From assembly GCA_007121455.1 (NCBI GenBank), contig SKKN01000014.1, positions 20,653 through 84,652 on the forward strand: 64,000 nt of DNA, read 5' to 3'. Of this stretch, positions 17,635 to 27,356 are shown one piece after another. The notes beneath the pieces were generated by a model that saw only the letters and a program-made list of their open reading frames with translations, did no database searches and was not told the origin of the DNA. The stretch comes from Gemmatimonadota bacterium. GTDB taxonomy: Bacteria; Gemmatimonadota; Gemmatimonadetes; Longimicrobiales; Gaopeijiaceae. Position 1 is the first letter of the stretch, and each line of letters begins with the position of its first letter. The position numbers and the translations under genes were made by a program.

Positions 17635-20136
17635 TTAGCCGATCACCAGGTTCAGGAGGCGATCGGGAACGAAGATGACGCGGCGGAGGTCCTGCCCGTC
17701 CAGGTATCGTGAGACGTTCTGATCGGCCCGGGCCATGGCCAGGACCTCGTCCTCTCCCGTGCCGGCGGGAGCCTCCACGGTGGACCGAACCTTTCCGTTG
17801 ACCTGCACGGCGATCGTCACGGTCTCTTCCCGGGCTTTCGCGGGATCATACACCGGCCACCGTTCCCCATCGAAGACGCTGCCTTCGTGGCCCAGCCGCT
17901 GCCACAGCTCCTCCGCGAGGTGCGGCGCGAACGGTGCCACCATCACCGCGAGGGGCTCGACCTCGGACCGTGCGGCGACTCGGCCACCCGAACGGACCGC
18001 GTTGAGGTATTCCATCATGGCCGCGATGGAGGTGTTGTACTGGAGGTCGCCGAGCTGTTCCGTGACCTGCGCGATCGTCTGATGGAGCTTCTGTTCGATC
18101 TCCGGCTCCGGCGGCCCTTTCCGGAGCTGATCCGTCGGGACGACCGTCTCCCAGAGCCGCTTGAGGAAGCCGAAGGGTCCATGGATCCCCTCGTCCCGAT
18201 AGTCCCCCCCCTCCTCGAAGGGGCCGAGGAACATCAGGTAGGTTCGGAACGTGTCGGCTCCGAACTCCTCGATGATCGAATCGGGGATGATCACGTTCCC
18301 CTTGCTCTTCGACATCTTGGCCCCCTCTCGGATGATGAGGCCGTGGGCCCGGAACTTCGTGAACGGCTCTTCGAAGTCGAGGTGTCCCAGGTCCTTCAGG
18401 GCGGCCGTCAGGAAGCGGGCGTAGAGGAGGTGGAGCACCGCGTGCTCATTCCCCCCGATGTAGCAGTCGACGGGGAGCCACTTCCGGGTGATCTCGGGGT
18501 CGTAGGGAACGTCGTCCCGGTCCGTTGAGGGATAGCGGAGAAAGTACCATGCCGAATCCAGAAACGTGTCGGAGACGTCGGTCTCGCGCCGGGCGTCCGC
18601 TCCGCACTCGGGACAGGTCGTCTGGTACCACTCCTCCACTCGCGCGAGAGGGCTGACCCCTCCGGCATCCGGCTTGAAGTCCTCCACCCTCGGAAGGATT
18701 ACCGGGAGGTCCTCCTCGGGCACCGCCACCGGACCGCAGTCCGGACAATGGACGATCGGGATCGGCGGTCCCCAGTAGCGCTGCCTGGAGATGCACCAAT
18801 CGTGGAGGCGATAGGTGACCTTCGCCTCTGCGAGCCCTCGTTCTCCGAGCCAATCCGTGATGCGCGCCTTCCCTTCCTCGACGGCGAGCCCGTCGAACTC
18901 ACCCGAGTTCACCAGGGCTCCCTTCCCCGTATAAGCTTCCTGGAGGGGGGCGCCCTCCTCCTCCTCGGGAGCCCGCACCACGCGAACGACGGGGAGATCG
19001 AACCGGCGCGCGAACTCGAAGTCCCGCTCGTCGTGGCCGGGGACGGCCATGATCGCTCCCGTGCCGTACTCCATGAGGACGTAGTCTGCGATCCAGATTG
19101 GGATCAGGTCGCCCGTGGCCGGGTTTCGGCAGTGTCCACCGGTGAACACACCCGTCTTCTCCGTCTCCGCCTTCTTGCGTGCGACGAGGTCCGTCCGTTT
19201 AGCCCGCTCACGGTACGACTCGACCTCTGCCCGCTGATGATCCGTGACCACTTCGTCCACGAGAGGATGCTCCGGGGCGAGCACCATGTAGGTGGCTCCG
19301 AAGACCGTGTCCGGCCGGGTCGTGAAGACTTCGATCGCCGCGTCGTCCCTGTCTGCCCGAGGGCCGGCGACGGGGAAGCGAAGCACGGCGCCCTCACTGC
19401 GTCCGATCCAGTTCCGCTGGGCCTTCTTCGTCGTTTCGGACCAGTCGATGTGCTCCAGGTTCTGGAGCAGGCGCTCGGCGTAGTCGGAAATCTTGAAGAA
19501 CCACTGTGCGATCCGGCGCTGCTCGACCGGGGTGTCACACCGCTCGCAGACGCCCGCCACCACCTGTTCGTTCGCGAGAACCGTCATGCAGGAGGGGCAC
19601 CAGTTGACCGGCGCCTCCTTCCGTTCCGCCAGCCCGCCTCGAAAGAGCTGGACGAAGAGCCACTGGGTCCAGCGGTAGTAGTCCGGCTGGGTGGTGTCCA
19701 CCGTGTGATCCCAGTCGAACATCCCCCCCACGCGACGGAGCTGGCGCGTGAAATTCGCCACGTTCCGCGGGATGAGATCCATGGGGTGGATTCCCACCTT
19801 GAGCGCGAAGTTCTCGGAATGGATGCCGAAGGCGTCGAATCCGATCGGTTCGAAGACTTCCTGCCCGCGCAGACGCTGGTAGCGCCCATGCACGTCCGCA
19901 CCCGTGAAGGCGTAGATGTTGCCGACGTGGAGGCCTTCCGCCGACGGATAGGGAAACATCATCAGGTTGTAGTACGGGCGGGACGCGTCCCGCAGCTCTT
20001 CACGGGTGAAGGCGTTCGTCCCTTCCTCTTCCCATCGCGTCTGCCACTTCGCCTCGAGGTGGCTCGGGGAATAGGGTTCTCGGTCGGCTCGACTCATGGG
20101 ATGATAATGGGGAGCCGTATCCGAGCGGGGTGGCAT
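17635..20136 (-). CDS. leuS: Leucyl-tRNA synthetase
   Basis: 833 aa with [19 protein letters not shown] (HIGH-type motif) and KMSKSKGN. The architecture is LeuS-typical, with an editing-domain insertion. Confidence 0.95.
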   Translation of the reverse strand: MPPRSDTAPHYHPMSRADREPYSPSHLEAKWQTRWEEEGTNAFTREELRDASRPYYNLMMFPYPSAEGLHVGNIYAFTGADVHGRYQRLRGQEVFEPIGFDAFGIHSENFALKVGIHPMDLIPRNVANFTRQLRRVGGMFDWDHTVDTTQPDYYRWTQWLFVQLFRGGLAERKEAPVNWCPSCMTVLANEQVVAGVCERCDTPVEQRRIAQWFFKISDYAERLLQNLEHIDWSETTKKAQRNWIGRSEGAVLRFPVAGPRADRDDAAIEVFTTRPDTVFGATYMVLAPEHPLVDEVVTDHQRAEVESYRERAKRTDLVARKKAETEKTGVFTGGHCRNPATGDLIPIWIADYVLMEYGTGAIMAVPGHDERDFEFARRFDLPVVRVVRAPEEEEGAPLQEAYTGKGALVNSGEFDGLAVEEGKARITDWLGERGLAEAKVTYRLHDWCISRQRYWGPPIPIVHCPDCGPVAVPEEDLPVILPRVEDFKPDAGGVSPLARVEEWYQTTCPECGADARRETDVSDTFLDSAWYFLRYPSTDRDDVPYDPEITRKWLPVDCYIGGNEHAVLHLLYARFLTAALKDLGHLDFEEPFTKFRAHGLIIREGAKMSKSKGNVIIPDSIIEEFGADTFRTYLMFLGPFEEGGDYRDEGIHGPFGFLKRLWETVVPTDQLRKGPPEPEIEQKLHQTIAQVTEQLGDLQYNTSIAAMMEYLNAVRSGGRVAARSEVEPLAVMVAPFAPHLAEELWQRLGHEGSVFDGERWPVYDPAKAREETVTIAVQVNGKVRSTVEAPAGTGEDEVLAMARADQNVSRYLDGQDLRRVIFVPDRLLNLVIG

Positions 20137-20188
20137 TCACCCGTCCCGCGCCGGTGGGCTCCCCTTCGGTTTCGAGGTGCATGGGCAG

Positions 20189-20217
20189 TCGGCGAGCGCC
20201 CGATCCGGGCTCGCCGA
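20189..20217 (-). terminator. GC-rich hairpin downstream of the aminopeptidase gene. Possible terminator, but there is no U-tract.
   Basis: TCGGCGAGC (20189-20197) and GCTCGCCGA (20209-20217) form a perfect 9-bp stem around an 11-nt loop that can pair further internally. It lies between the stop at 20248 and the leuS start at 20136. Confidence 0.35.
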
Positions 20218-20247
20218 GTCCGGTAAGCTAAGAGCCCGGTGGACCCA

Positions 20248-21429
20248 TTACAACATGCCGCGGAAACCCGGGGGATCGGGTAACCTTTCCGGGGCTGGGG
20301 TGCGCTGGGAAACGGCAGATCCATCCGCGCTCTGCTCTTCTACCGGGAGCACGTCGAAGGGATCCGAGGCCTGCGGGGCTTGCTCCGTGATCGCCCGCAC
20401 TGCAGCAGGCAAATCCCCTCCGTGCTCGTCGAGGAATGCCTGGAAGTCGGGCAACCGGTGATAGTAGAGCATCCAGGACAGAAGCGTGGCGTTGTTGAGG
20501 GGGCGGGCCAGGAATGCTTCGTAGCTCGCGGAGCGGAGGGAAGGCTGCACCTCGTTCCGGAAGCGGGTCCTGGCCTCCGAGAAGAGTTGCTCCTTCCGGT
20601 CGATCACCTCCTCGGCCGTCAGCCCGGGTGCGGCATAGAGGTCCTGCGTCTCTTCGACGAGCGCGTCGAGGAAACGGGAGAAATCGAGGGCGTCGCTCCA
20701 GCGATCCCGTGCTCTCCCACAGAGGACCGTGTCGAGGCCACCTCCGTCCCGGCCGCAGAAGAAGGCGACTGCGCCCGCTCCTCCCACGAAGTTGGAGAAG
20801 CTCTCATTGAAGCGGCCCCGGCCCGGCAGGAAGAGGTGCGCGTGGGAGATCTCGTGGAGAATCGTATCCACGAGGCCCACGGTGCCGAGGCGAAGAAGGA
20901 TGGAGGGAAGCGGGTCGGCGAACCATCCCAGGGTGCTGAAGGCGGCGGTCGGCCGCAGGTAGGTGTCATAGCCCTCCTCTTCAAGCCGCTCCTGCTCCCG
21001 GAGGGCACGCGACGTGGAGAAGTACCCGCGGTAGGGCACCCTGCCGACGATCGGAAACCACCAGGTCACTGCTTCGAGCCGGTCCCGGCGAGCGGCGGAA
21101 AGGACCATCGCGAGTGTGTCGGATTCGAGCTGAACGAGTGAGGTGTAGGCCTCACCCGCGTCCAGGCCGAGCGTCTCGACCCCGAACCGGCGCGCTTCCC
21201 ACGCAAAGAGAAGCTTGTCCCGGCTCGCGGGGTCGGTTGCCGGGTCCTGGATCACTTCCGGGATCGGGGTTCGTGCGTGGAGTAGTTGCGCCTGCGCTGC
21301 GCCGGCCCGGAGCACGTACAGGGGGGAGCATCCGGCCGTGATGAGGAGGGTGAGGCCGAGGAGGAGGAGGGCGGCGCGGCCGATCGGGCGCGAATCCCGC
21401 TCCCGGCGCACCGGCTCGGGCAGGCGCAT
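20248..21429 (-). CDS. Predicted zinc aminopeptidase (COG4324-type), lipoprotein
   Basis: Track ORF 20248..21483. I prefer MRLPEPVRRERDSRPIGRAALLLLGLTLLITAGC (ATG 21429, lipobox). Family pattern: WWFPIVGRVPYRGYF...AFSTLGWFADPL...ILHEISHAHLF...FNESFSNFVG. Confidence 0.75.
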   Translation of the reverse strand: MRLPEPVRRERDSRPIGRAALLLLGLTLLITAGCSPLYVLRAGAAQAQLLHARTPIPEVIQDPATDPASRDKLLFAWEARRFGVETLGLDAGEAYTSLVQLESDTLAMVLSAARRDRLEAVTWWFPIVGRVPYRGYFSTSRALREQERLEEEGYDTYLRPTAAFSTLGWFADPLPSILLRLGTVGLVDTILHEISHAHLFLPGRGRFNESFSNFVGGAGAVAFFCGRDGGGLDTVLCGRARDRWSDALDFSRFLDALVEETQDLYAAPGLTAEEVIDRKEQLFSEARTRFRNEVQPSLRSASYEAFLARPLNNATLLSWMLYYHRLPDFQAFLDEHGGDLPAAVRAITEQAPQASDPFDVLPVEEQSADGSAVSQRTPAPERLPDPPGFRGML

Positions 21430-21454
21430 TCGCGCGTTCGGATCGCGCACTCCG

Positions 21455-21670
21455 TCAGCCACCGGGGGAGGGGTCACCCACATCCTGGCCAGGGCGGTCT
21501 TCCGGCGTCGCGGCCCGGCGGATCTCGGCCAGGTCCGCCTCCCCGGCCACTTCGGGCGGCATCTCGTCCGCAGCCTGCCGGAGCGCGGATACCAGGTCGT
21601 CCGCTTCGATGCTTGCGACGTGATAGCCCTTGCGCTGGCGGCCGAATCGGATCGTGACGCGAAAATGCAC
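21455..21670 (-). CDS. Candidate small protein (71 aa), unknown function
   Basis: This is the C-terminal piece of the otherwise spurious track ORF 21455..22657. From GTG 21670 it reads VHFRVTIRFGRQRKGYHVASIEADDLVSALRQAADEMPPEVAGEADLAEIRRAA.... By eye its third codon positions are mostly G/C, like real genes here, and it occupies an otherwise empty 325-nt divergent intergenic region. There is no Shine-Dalgarno. Confidence 0.3.
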   Translation of the reverse strand: MHFRVTIRFGRQRKGYHVASIEADDLVSALRQAADEMPPEVAGEADLAEIRRAATPEDRPGQDVGDPSPGG

Positions 21671-21808
21671 GAGCGTCCAGGGGTGGAGTGTGGAAGGGTG
21701 CGATGATCGCCCGGGGGCGGTGGCGGAATCTAGGGCTCCCCCGTCCTCCTGTTCAATGGAGGGCGTGCTCCCTTGTCCCGCTCCCCGTCCCGCGCCTATC
21801 CTCGCGGC

Positions 21809-23167
21809 ATGTCTTTGTCCTACAGAGGTTACGACGTCGTGATCCGGTGCCTCCGCGGGATCTCCCCACCTCTCGGGCTCTGGAACCGCTCCAAGCTCGG
21901 CCGTGGCATCCGCGGGCGCCTGGTTTCGAGTGGCGCATTCCAGGAATGGGCGAGGACGTACCGGGACGAGAGCCGTCCTCTCGTCTGGTTCCACGCCCCT
22001 TCGGTCGGCGAGGGTTTGCAGGCGAAGGCCGTGATGGACGCGCTCCTGAAGCGGAGCCCCGACATCCAACTCGCGTATACGTTCTTCTCCCCGTCGGCGG
22101 AGGGGCTGATGCGTCGGATGCCCGTGCACGTCGCCGGCTACCTGCCGTGGGACACCCGGCCGGAGATGGAAGCCCTCCTCGATGCCCTTCGCCCCCATGC
22201 CCTCGTCTTCACCAAGACGGAGGTATGGCCGGTGCTCTCGAGCGTCGCCTGCGAGCGCGGCGTCCCGACGTTCCTCGCCGCAGCAACTCTTCCCGAGGGA
22301 GCGGGGCGGCTCCGGGGCCCTGCCGCCTGGTTCCTCCGGCCCGCATTTTCCTCTTTGCGAAAGGTGCTCGCGATCTCCGAGGGCGACGGCAAGCGCTTCC
22401 GGCGGCTCGGTGTCGCCGACGGGGCCGTGGAGGTCACCGGTGATCCGGGGGTCGACTCGGCGAGCCGCCGGGTGCGGGGGGCGGACTCCGAGGCTTCCTA
22501 CCTGAAACCCTTCCTCGAGGATCGGCGGCCCACCCTGGTGGCGGGCTCCACATGGCCCGCCGACGAGAAGGAGCTCCTGCCGGCGCTCGAACACCTTCGG
22601 CGATCGGTCGCAGGCCTTCGCGTGATCCTGGCGCCGCACGAGCCCACCCCCTCGCACGTCGATGCGATCGAAAGGTCACTCGATCGCACCGGCTGGAAGG
22701 TCGCTCGCCTCGGTGCGATCGAGGCGCAGGGCGGGGCCGTGGGTGTGGATGCAGTCGTCGTCGATCGGGTGGGGGTGCTTGCGGCGCTCTATACCGTGGG
22801 GGACATTGCATTCGTGGGTGGCGGTTTCCACCGTCACGGCCTCCATTCGGTTCTCGAGCCCGCGTCGGCGGGAGTCCCGGTGCTCTTCGGCCCGAGGCAC
22901 ACGAACGCCCAGTCGGCGGCACGTCTGACCGAAGCGGGAGGAGGCCGCGTCGTGACGGACCGGAAGGCGATCGCGGAGATCGTAGGCGACTGGTTCGGGG
23001 ATCCTTCGGAGCGGGCCGCGGCGGGGAAGGCGGCCGCCCTCTATATCGATCAGCACCTCGGTGCGGCGGACCGAACGGCTCGGCAGCTCACCCCCTTTCT
23101 CGCAGGGAAGCCATCGCGGGAATCCGGCGACGAAGCGAATGCCACTCGGGGCCCCTCTGGGGGGTAG
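21809..23167 (+). CDS. waaA: 3-deoxy-D-manno-octulosonic acid (Kdo) transferase
   Basis: Track ORF 21773..23167 starts at a TTG. The ATG at 21809 is more likely. It has the WaaA hallmark VWFHAPSVGEGLQAKAVMDAL and a C-terminal glycosyltransferase fold. Confidence 0.85.
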   Translation: MSLSYRGYDVVIRCLRGISPPLGLWNRSKLGRGIRGRLVSSGAFQEWARTYRDESRPLVWFHAPSVGEGLQAKAVMDALLKRSPDIQLAYTFFSPSAEGLMRRMPVHVAGYLPWDTRPEMEALLDALRPHALVFTKTEVWPVLSSVACERGVPTFLAAATLPEGAGRLRGPAAWFLRPAFSSLRKVLAISEGDGKRFRRLGVADGAVEVTGDPGVDSASRRVRGADSEASYLKPFLEDRRPTLVAGSTWPADEKELLPALEHLRRSVAGLRVILAPHEPTPSHVDAIERSLDRTGWKVARLGAIEAQGGAVGVDAVVVDRVGVLAALYTVGDIAFVGGGFHRHGLHSVLEPASAGVPVLFGPRHTNAQSAARLTEAGGGRVVTDRKAIAEIVGDWFGDPSERAAAGKAAALYIDQHLGAADRTARQLTPFLAGKPSRESGDEANATRGPSGG

Positions 23168-23217
23168 ATCCCATACGATTGAACGACCCGCAGACGAGGG
23201 ACCGGGATGTGAGGAGC

Positions 23218-24633
23218 ATGAGATTCGAAGGTAGAAGCAGGGGGCGGCCGGGACTGGGCGCGGGAGTGCTTCCGATCCTCCTGACGGTGATCGCCGTGGC
23301 CGGATGTGGAGAGCCTCCTTCGGACGCTCCGCTGCCGGACCGCGCCTCCACCGTTCCAGCGCTCGGGGCCGTCTCCGAGGAGGCTCCTTCTCCCGTGGAC
23401 GCGCCGGCGCCCGAAGCAGGACCGACGTCCGGTGAGGGCACTGTCCCCGAAGAATCGGCGGCCGCACCTCCCTCCGGGGAAGGTGCGAACCGCGAGGCCG
23501 TCGTTCCTGTAGCCCGCCCCGACCATGTCCGTGGAATCTACCTGAACGCGTGGGCGTCCGGTTCGCCACGACGCAGCGCGGCGCTCATCGAGAAGGCGCT
23601 CCGGACCGAGCTCAACACCTTCGTCATCGACGTCAAGGACGCGTCCGGGTACGTGAGCTATACGACCGACGTCCCTCTCGCCGCGGAAGTCGGTGCGGAC
23701 ACGGACCTCCGCATCCGGAACATCCGGAGCCTTCTCGAGCGGCTCCGCGAAGCCGAGATCTACCCGGTGGCCCGAATCGTGGTGTTCAAGGATCCACTGC
23801 TGTCGGGTGAGCGTCCCGATCTCGCGGTGCAGGACGAGGAGGGAGGGGCATGGATCGACGGCGCGGGGCATGCCTGGGTGAACCCGTACCACGAGGATGT
23901 CTGGGCGTACAACATCGCGCTCGCGCGTGAAGCTGCGGAAGCGGGGTTCGCGGAGGTCCAGTGGGACTACGTCCGCTTTCCCGACCGGCCCGCCTCGGAG
24001 ATGGAATCGGCGGTTTTTCCGGGCTCGGAGCGACTCACCCGCTCCGCGGCGATTCGGGCATTCCTCGAGCGGGCGAGGGACGAGCTCTCCGATCTGGACG
24101 TCGTGTTGAGCGCCGATGTCTTCGGCGTGACCACGACGTTCCGGCACGACGTGGGCATCGGACAGGTCTGGGAGGACGTGGTGGACGTGGTGGACGCGGT
24201 GCTCCCGATGGTGTATCCATCGCACTACTGGAAGGGGAGCTACGGGTTCGACGAACCGAACGCCTACCCGTACGAGGTGGTATCTCGAGCGCTGAAGGAC
24301 GCGGTCGATCGATCGAGGGAGGTCCCCGGGGCGGGCGACCTGATCCCGTGGCTGCAGGATTTCACCCTGGGGAGCCCGAGATACGGCCCGGCCGAGGTGC
24401 GTGCCCAGATCCAGGCCGCGCACGACCTCGGCGTGGAGAGCTGGATCCTCTGGAACGCCTCGAGCCGGTACACGGAAGAGGCGCTGCTCCCGTCGGGTGA
24501 GGGCGATCCGCCCGATCTCATGATCCGGATCGGGGGACAGGTGGTTCCAACCTCCATGCGGTCCGAGCCCCCGGCACCTCCGGTCGGGGTCGGGTCGGAT
24601 CCGCTTCCGGAGACGCGGCCCGGGGGGCGCTGA
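23218..24633 (+). CDS. DUF4015 putative glycoside hydrolase (TIM-barrel), lipoprotein
   Basis: Only the last 471 codons of track ORF 22552..24633 are used. The start is ATG 23218 (MRFEGRSRGRPGLGAGVLPILLTVIAVAGC, lipobox). Family pattern: IYLNAWASG...LNTFVIDVKDASGYVSY...YPVARIVVFKD...EVQWDYVRFP. Confidence 0.75.
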   Translation: MRFEGRSRGRPGLGAGVLPILLTVIAVAGCGEPPSDAPLPDRASTVPALGAVSEEAPSPVDAPAPEAGPTSGEGTVPEESAAAPPSGEGANREAVVPVARPDHVRGIYLNAWASGSPRRSAALIEKALRTELNTFVIDVKDASGYVSYTTDVPLAAEVGADTDLRIRNIRSLLERLREAEIYPVARIVVFKDPLLSGERPDLAVQDEEGGAWIDGAGHAWVNPYHEDVWAYNIALAREAAEAGFAEVQWDYVRFPDRPASEMESAVFPGSERLTRSAAIRAFLERARDELSDLDVVLSADVFGVTTTFRHDVGIGQVWEDVVDVVDAVLPMVYPSHYWKGSYGFDEPNAYPYEVVSRALKDAVDRSREVPGAGDLIPWLQDFTLGSPRYGPAEVRAQIQAAHDLGVESWILWNASSRYTEEALLPSGEGDPPDLMIRIGGQVVPTSMRSEPPAPPVGVGSDPLPETRPGGR

Positions 24634-24635
24634 GT

Positions 24636-26447
24636 TCAGCGGGCCGGGGAAGGGCGGGCGAACTGCAATTCGTGCAATCGGGCATAGAGTCCGCCGCGAC
24701 GAAGGAGCTCGTCGTGCGTACCTTCCTCCTCGAGGACCCCTCGGTGGAGTACGAGGATGCGGTCTGCGCCCTGCACGGTGGAAAGGCGGTGCGCGATCAC
24801 GAGCGAGGTTCGCGCCTCCATCAGCCGATGGGTCGCCGCCTCGATTCGCGCCTCGATCTCCGAATCGACGGAGCTGGTCGCCTCGTCCAGGATGAGGATG
24901 GCGGGATCGTAGGCCAGAGCGCGAGCGAAGGAGATCAGTTGGCGCTCACCCACCGAGAGGCTCAAACCGCGCTCGCCGAGCGGCTGTTCGTACGTCGCGG
25001 GAAGCCGCTCGATGAATCGGTCGGCCCCGACGTCACGGGCAGCCATCTCGAGCCGGTTCCTGGAGATCGCCTCGTTTCCGAGCCGGATGTTGTAGGCCAC
25101 GCTCTCGCTGAAGAGGAAGACGTCCTGCAGCACCAGCCCGATCCGGCGCCGGAGCTCCCGTACCCGCACCTCGTGAATCGGCACGCCGTCCAGCAGGATC
25201 TCTCCCCTCTGGGGGTCGTAGAAGCGCATCAGGAGGTTGATCAGCGTCGTCTTTCCGGCTCCCGTGTGACCCACGACGGCCACGCGCTCGCCGGGCGCAG
25301 CGCGGAAGCTGATTCCCTTCAGCACCCAATCCGGGCCCTCCTCCCCCTCGCCGTAGGCGAACCAGACGTCACGGAATTCGATCTCACCACGAACCGGCTC
25401 CTCCAGGGGCCGGGGCTCCTCGGGGTCACCGATCACCGGTTCGCGGTCGAGGAGCTTGAAGATCCGCTCCGACGAAGCCATCGCAGCCTGCAGCACGTTG
25501 TACTTCTCCGAGAGGTCCTGGATGGGTCGGAAGAAGCGACGGGCGTAGAGGAGGAATGCCGTGACGACGCCCACCGAGGTGGTGCCGGCCAGGATCGAGA
25601 ACCCTCCGTACGCGATGATCAGCGCCAGGGCGGTCGCGGTGAAGAGCTCGATGATCGGAAAGAAGAGGGCGTAGTACGTGATCGAACGGAGATGGGCTTC
25701 TAGGTAGCTCCGGTTGATCTCGTCGAGGCGGTCTGCGTCGCGCTCTTCCCGGTTGAAGAGTTGAACCACCTGGATTCCGGTCAATCGCTCGTGCAGGAAC
25801 GCATTGATCCGGGCCAGGCGGAGTCGGATGTCCCGGTAGACGCTTCGGATGCGGGAACGAAAGATGAACGCCGCCCATGCGACCAGGGGCATGACGGAGA
25901 GCGTGATCAGCGCGAGCTGCCAGTCGAGGAGCAGCATCGCGGTGATGATGAAGAGCAAGGTGAAGAGGTCGCCGAAGATCGCAACGACACCGGAGCTGAA
26001 CAACTCGTTCAGCGCCTCTACGTCGGACGTGATCCGGGTCATGAGCCGGCCGACCGGATTCCGGTCGTAGAACTGGACGTCGAGCTCCTGGAGCTGTCCG
26101 AAGACCTCGGTCCGGAGATCGTACATCACCCTCTGGCCGAGCCAGGTGGTGAGGAGGGATTGGGCGTACTCCAGGAGGAAGGTGAGCGCGGCCGCGGTCA
26201 GGTAGGCGATCGCCAGGATCGCGAGGAGGCGTCCGTCCCCGTCGGGAATCGCGTCGTCAAGAGCGATCGCCACGAGCCATGGACCGACGATCTGAAGGGC
26301 GGCGCCCAACACGAGCATCACGACCGCGGCCACCACTCGGCCCTTGTATGGAGCGAGGTAGCCGAGGAGGCGCCGCATCAGGCGGGCGTCGTACGCCTTT
26401 CCGAGAGCTTCTTCCTCTTGAATGGGTCCTGCGGGAGCGTTCTTCAT
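24636..26447 (-). CDS. ABC exporter, fused permease/ATPase (MsbA/lipid-exporter-like)
   Basis: Track ORF 24636..26552. The start is uncertain (ATG 26447, MKNAPAG..., or 26552). It has a six-TM exporter domain followed by Walker A GHTGAGKTT, signature LSVGERQ and Walker B ILILDEATS. Confidence 0.85.
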   Translation of the reverse strand: MKNAPAGPIQEEEALGKAYDARLMRRLLGYLAPYKGRVVAAVVMLVLGAALQIVGPWLVAIALDDAIPDGDGRLLAILAIAYLTAAALTFLLEYAQSLLTTWLGQRVMYDLRTEVFGQLQELDVQFYDRNPVGRLMTRITSDVEALNELFSSGVVAIFGDLFTLLFIITAMLLLDWQLALITLSVMPLVAWAAFIFRSRIRSVYRDIRLRLARINAFLHERLTGIQVVQLFNREERDADRLDEINRSYLEAHLRSITYYALFFPIIELFTATALALIIAYGGFSILAGTTSVGVVTAFLLYARRFFRPIQDLSEKYNVLQAAMASSERIFKLLDREPVIGDPEEPRPLEEPVRGEIEFRDVWFAYGEGEEGPDWVLKGISFRAAPGERVAVVGHTGAGKTTLINLLMRFYDPQRGEILLDGVPIHEVRVRELRRRIGLVLQDVFLFSESVAYNIRLGNEAISRNRLEMAARDVGADRFIERLPATYEQPLGERGLSLSVGERQLISFARALAYDPAILILDEATSSVDSEIEARIEAATHRLMEARTSLVIAHRLSTVQGADRILVLHRGVLEEEGTHDELLRRGGLYARLHELQFARPSPAR

Positions 26448-26607
26448 TCCCTCCGACGGGTGTCGTCGCGCGGGCCATTGGGCAAGCAGTACCCTACTCC
26501 TGCCGTGAAGCGTCGGTTCCCCCTCGGGGCCCGTTTCTTTCTGGTAGGTCATCCAGGCCTGCTGGTGCGCCCTATCCGCCGGTGCGGATTACCCCAATCT
26601 CATAGGC

Positions 26608-26721
26608 ATGCGCGTCCTCCTCGTAGACGAACGCACGCTCGTGCGGAAGGGGCTCGCACTCGTGAGCTCCTCGACGCGGTGGCGAGGGCGTTGCGAGACG
26701 GCCGGGGCGCGCCCAACGTGA
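26608..26721 (+). pseudogene. Possible relic of a response-regulator receiver domain (very tentative)
   Basis: A 37-codon ORF opens MRVLLVDERTLVRKGLALV, which resembles receiver beta1-alpha1. A shifted frame over 26664-26710 reads ELLDAVARALRDGRG, which resembles the last receiver helix. There is no phospho-acceptor region or output domain, and the region also holds a small hairpin. Confidence 0.2.
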
Positions 26722-26723
26722 CT

Positions 26724-27356
26724 TCAGGCTCTGCGTCGGGCCAGAACCGCGAGGACGTCGTCGAGTGAGGTCTCCGCTCCGAGAAGGCTCACCAGCAGGT
26801 GGTAGAGGAGGTCCCCGGCTTCCTCCGGGATCCGCTCCCCCTCTCCCCGAGCCAACGCCGTGAGGAGCTCCGCCCCTTCCTCTCCCAGCTTCTTGAGCCT
26901 GAGGTTTTCGTCCCCGAGCAGTCGAGTCGTGTAGCTTCCCTCCGGTCGCTCGCGTGACCGGCGCTCGAGTACGCCCCAGAGGTCGGTGAGGATCGCTGCC
27001 GCAGGTGTCGATCCTTCGCCGAAGCAGGTGCGGTCTCCGGTGTGACACGCCGGCCCTGCCGGGTTTACCTGCGCGAGCACGGTATCCGCATCGCAGTCCG
27101 CATGGAGGGACCGGAGGCGCTGGATGTTTCCGGAAGTAGCACCCTTCCTCCAGAGCTCCCCTCGGGAACGCGACCAGTAGTGCATCTCACCGGTCTCGAG
27201 GGTGCGCTCGAGGGCGCTACGGTTCGCCCATGCGAGCATGAGCACGGCGCCGGAGCTCGCGTCCTGGGTGACGACCGGGAGCAGGCCATCCTCCTTCCGG
27301 AATGCGAGCCGGTCGAGGTCCTCGATCGCCTCCAGGCGTCGATCCGCCTCGCTCAT
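26724..27356 (-). CDS. hisI: Bifunctional phosphoribosyl-AMP cyclohydrolase / phosphoribosyl-ATP pyrophosphatase
   Basis: The last 210 codons of track ORF 26724..27767, from ATG 27356 (ATGA overlap with the hisF stop). HisI part: [48 protein letters not shown]...CHTGDRTCF. HisE part: YTTRLL...[11 protein letters not shown]. Confidence 0.9.
   Translation of the reverse strand: MSEADRRLEAIEDLDRLAFRKEDGLLPVVTQDASSGAVLMLAWANRSALERTLETGEMHYWSRSRGELWRKGATSGNIQRLRSLHADCDADTVLAQVNPAGPACHTGDRTCFGEGSTPAAAILTDLWGVLERRSRERPEGSYTTRLLGDENLRLKKLGEEGAELLTALARGEGERIPEEAGDLLYHLLVSLLGAETSLDDVLAVLARRRA

Noticed and set aside
7064-20226. Long plus-strand ORFs opposite the Mrp genes, tkt and leuS (7064..8842, 9642..11012, 10927..12729, 15474..17678, 18748..20226).
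   Set aside because: Each is antisense to a gene with strong family motifs. The products are Arg/Glu/Asp/His/Pro-rich and repeat-like. The explanation is the same GC3-driven artefact.
20137-20247. A structured leader upstream of leuS that might be a T-box or other riboswitch.
   Set aside because: The spacer is only about 110 nt. I see no T-box consensus, specifier-loop architecture or terminator/antiterminator pair. The single strong hairpin (20189-20217) is more simply the 3' end of the upstream aminopeptidase gene.
22552-23217. The N-terminal 222 codons of track ORF 22552..24633, overlapping waaA.
   Set aside because: This part is an off-frame read through waaA. The real DUF4015 lipoprotein starts at ATG 23218 with a signal peptide and lipobox.
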